Translations under genes and position numbers: made by a program | Source: an uncultured Chloroflexia bacterium | Lineage (GTDB): Bacteria > Chloroflexota > Ktedonobacteria > Ktedonobacterales > JADMIN01 | Direction of reading: 5' to 3' | Assembly (NCBI GenBank): GCA_963718915.1 | Contig: CAVRAI010000004.1 | Coordinates: forward strand, 450,001-482,000 | DNA: 32,000 bases | Shown here: positions 31,887 through 32,000 of the stretch, one piece after another | Layout: each line of letters opens with the position of its first letter | Numbering within the stretch: the stretch's first letter is position 1 | The notes under the pieces: model-generated | What the model saw: the letters and a program-made list of their open reading frames with translations, nothing else | Databases searched by the model: none | What the model was told of the DNA's origin: nothing

Positions 31887-32000
31887 CTACCGCCACGGTT
31901 TGCCTAGCGTCGCGTGGCCGCCGAGGAAGGGACGCAGCGCCTCTGGGATGGCAATCGTACCGTCCGCCTGCTGGTGGTTCTCCAGCAGCGCGATGATCGT
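31887..32000 (-). CDS. serS: Seryl-tRNA synthetase, C-terminal 37 codons (5' part lies outside the window)
   Basis: The reverse-strand translation from base 32000 reads [37 protein letters not shown]. The ALLEN(Y/H)QQ.DG...IPE.LRP(Y/F).GG motif is the conserved SerS C-terminus. This ORF is not in the track because it has no start in the window. Confidence 0.75.
   Translation of the reverse strand, partial: TIIALLENHQQADGTIAIPEALRPFLGGHATLGKPWR

Noticed and set aside
1-32000. Search by eye for tRNA/rRNA genes, integrase, transposase or phage genes, toxin-antitoxin pairs, and riboswitches in the longer intergenic regions (7751-8025, 8737-9164, 20832-21120, 22555-22877, 25556-25734, 26885-27125)
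   Set aside because: No T-loop-like (GTTCGAATC-type) cloverleaf candidates were seen, no recombinase motifs, and no conserved riboswitch cores that I could recognise. Their absence cannot be proven without tRNAscan or Infernal, so no such features are reported.

Overview
GC-rich bacterial chromosomal window with about 30 supportable genes. The gene content includes futalosine-route menaquinone genes, a type-2 IPP isomerase, a Thermus-type EF-P with Arg32, and several WD40/TPR/TIR repeat proteins. This suggests a Chloroflexota/Ktedonobacteria-like or related terrabacterial genome, but that is inference only. Most of the window is housekeeping. There is a TetR-mqnA-(atypical radical-SAM-like)-PPOX-mqnC operon on the minus strand, followed by fni (IDI-2). 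Next come a three-subunit xanthine-dehydrogenase/CoxSLM-family molybdenum hydroxylase and a heterodimeric ABC exporter pair followed by an APH(6)-like kinase. The rest is glnA, an aroK-aroB fusion, aroQ, efp, an AccB-like protein, xseA, xseB, a divergent PAP2 protein, a LysM-GH73 wall hydrolase and the 3' end of serS. No rRNA, tRNA, CRISPR array, integrase or transposase was recognised by eye. Eight things look accessory or unusual. (1) The left end carries two paralogous WD40 propeller genes. One is an N-terminal TIR, Pro-rich linker, twin-arginine-like signal anchor and WD40 protein, which gives a Toll-like-receptor-style topology with no NTPase module. (2) A second TIR protein of the same TIR subtype is fused to 8 TPRs at the right end. 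(3) A roughly 80-nt remnant of the mqnC 3' end lies 2370 bp downstream of the intact mqnC 3' end, bracketing the NTF2-like and TIR-WD40 genes. (4) A radical-SAM-like enzyme whose only Cys cluster is C-x8-C-x2-C sits between mqnA and mqnC. (5) An 81-aa protein ends in ...IPRVVGG (MoaD/ThiS/ubiquitin-like C-terminus) and is translationally coupled to a membrane protein. (6) The AccB-like protein has Asn in place of the biotinyl-lysine, and no accC follows it. (7) A duplicated 8-N3-8 palindrome lies upstream of glnA. (8) Small GC-rich hairpin (REP-like) elements are shared between intergenic regions. All functional calls rest on motif recognition by eye. No database search or structure prediction was run.
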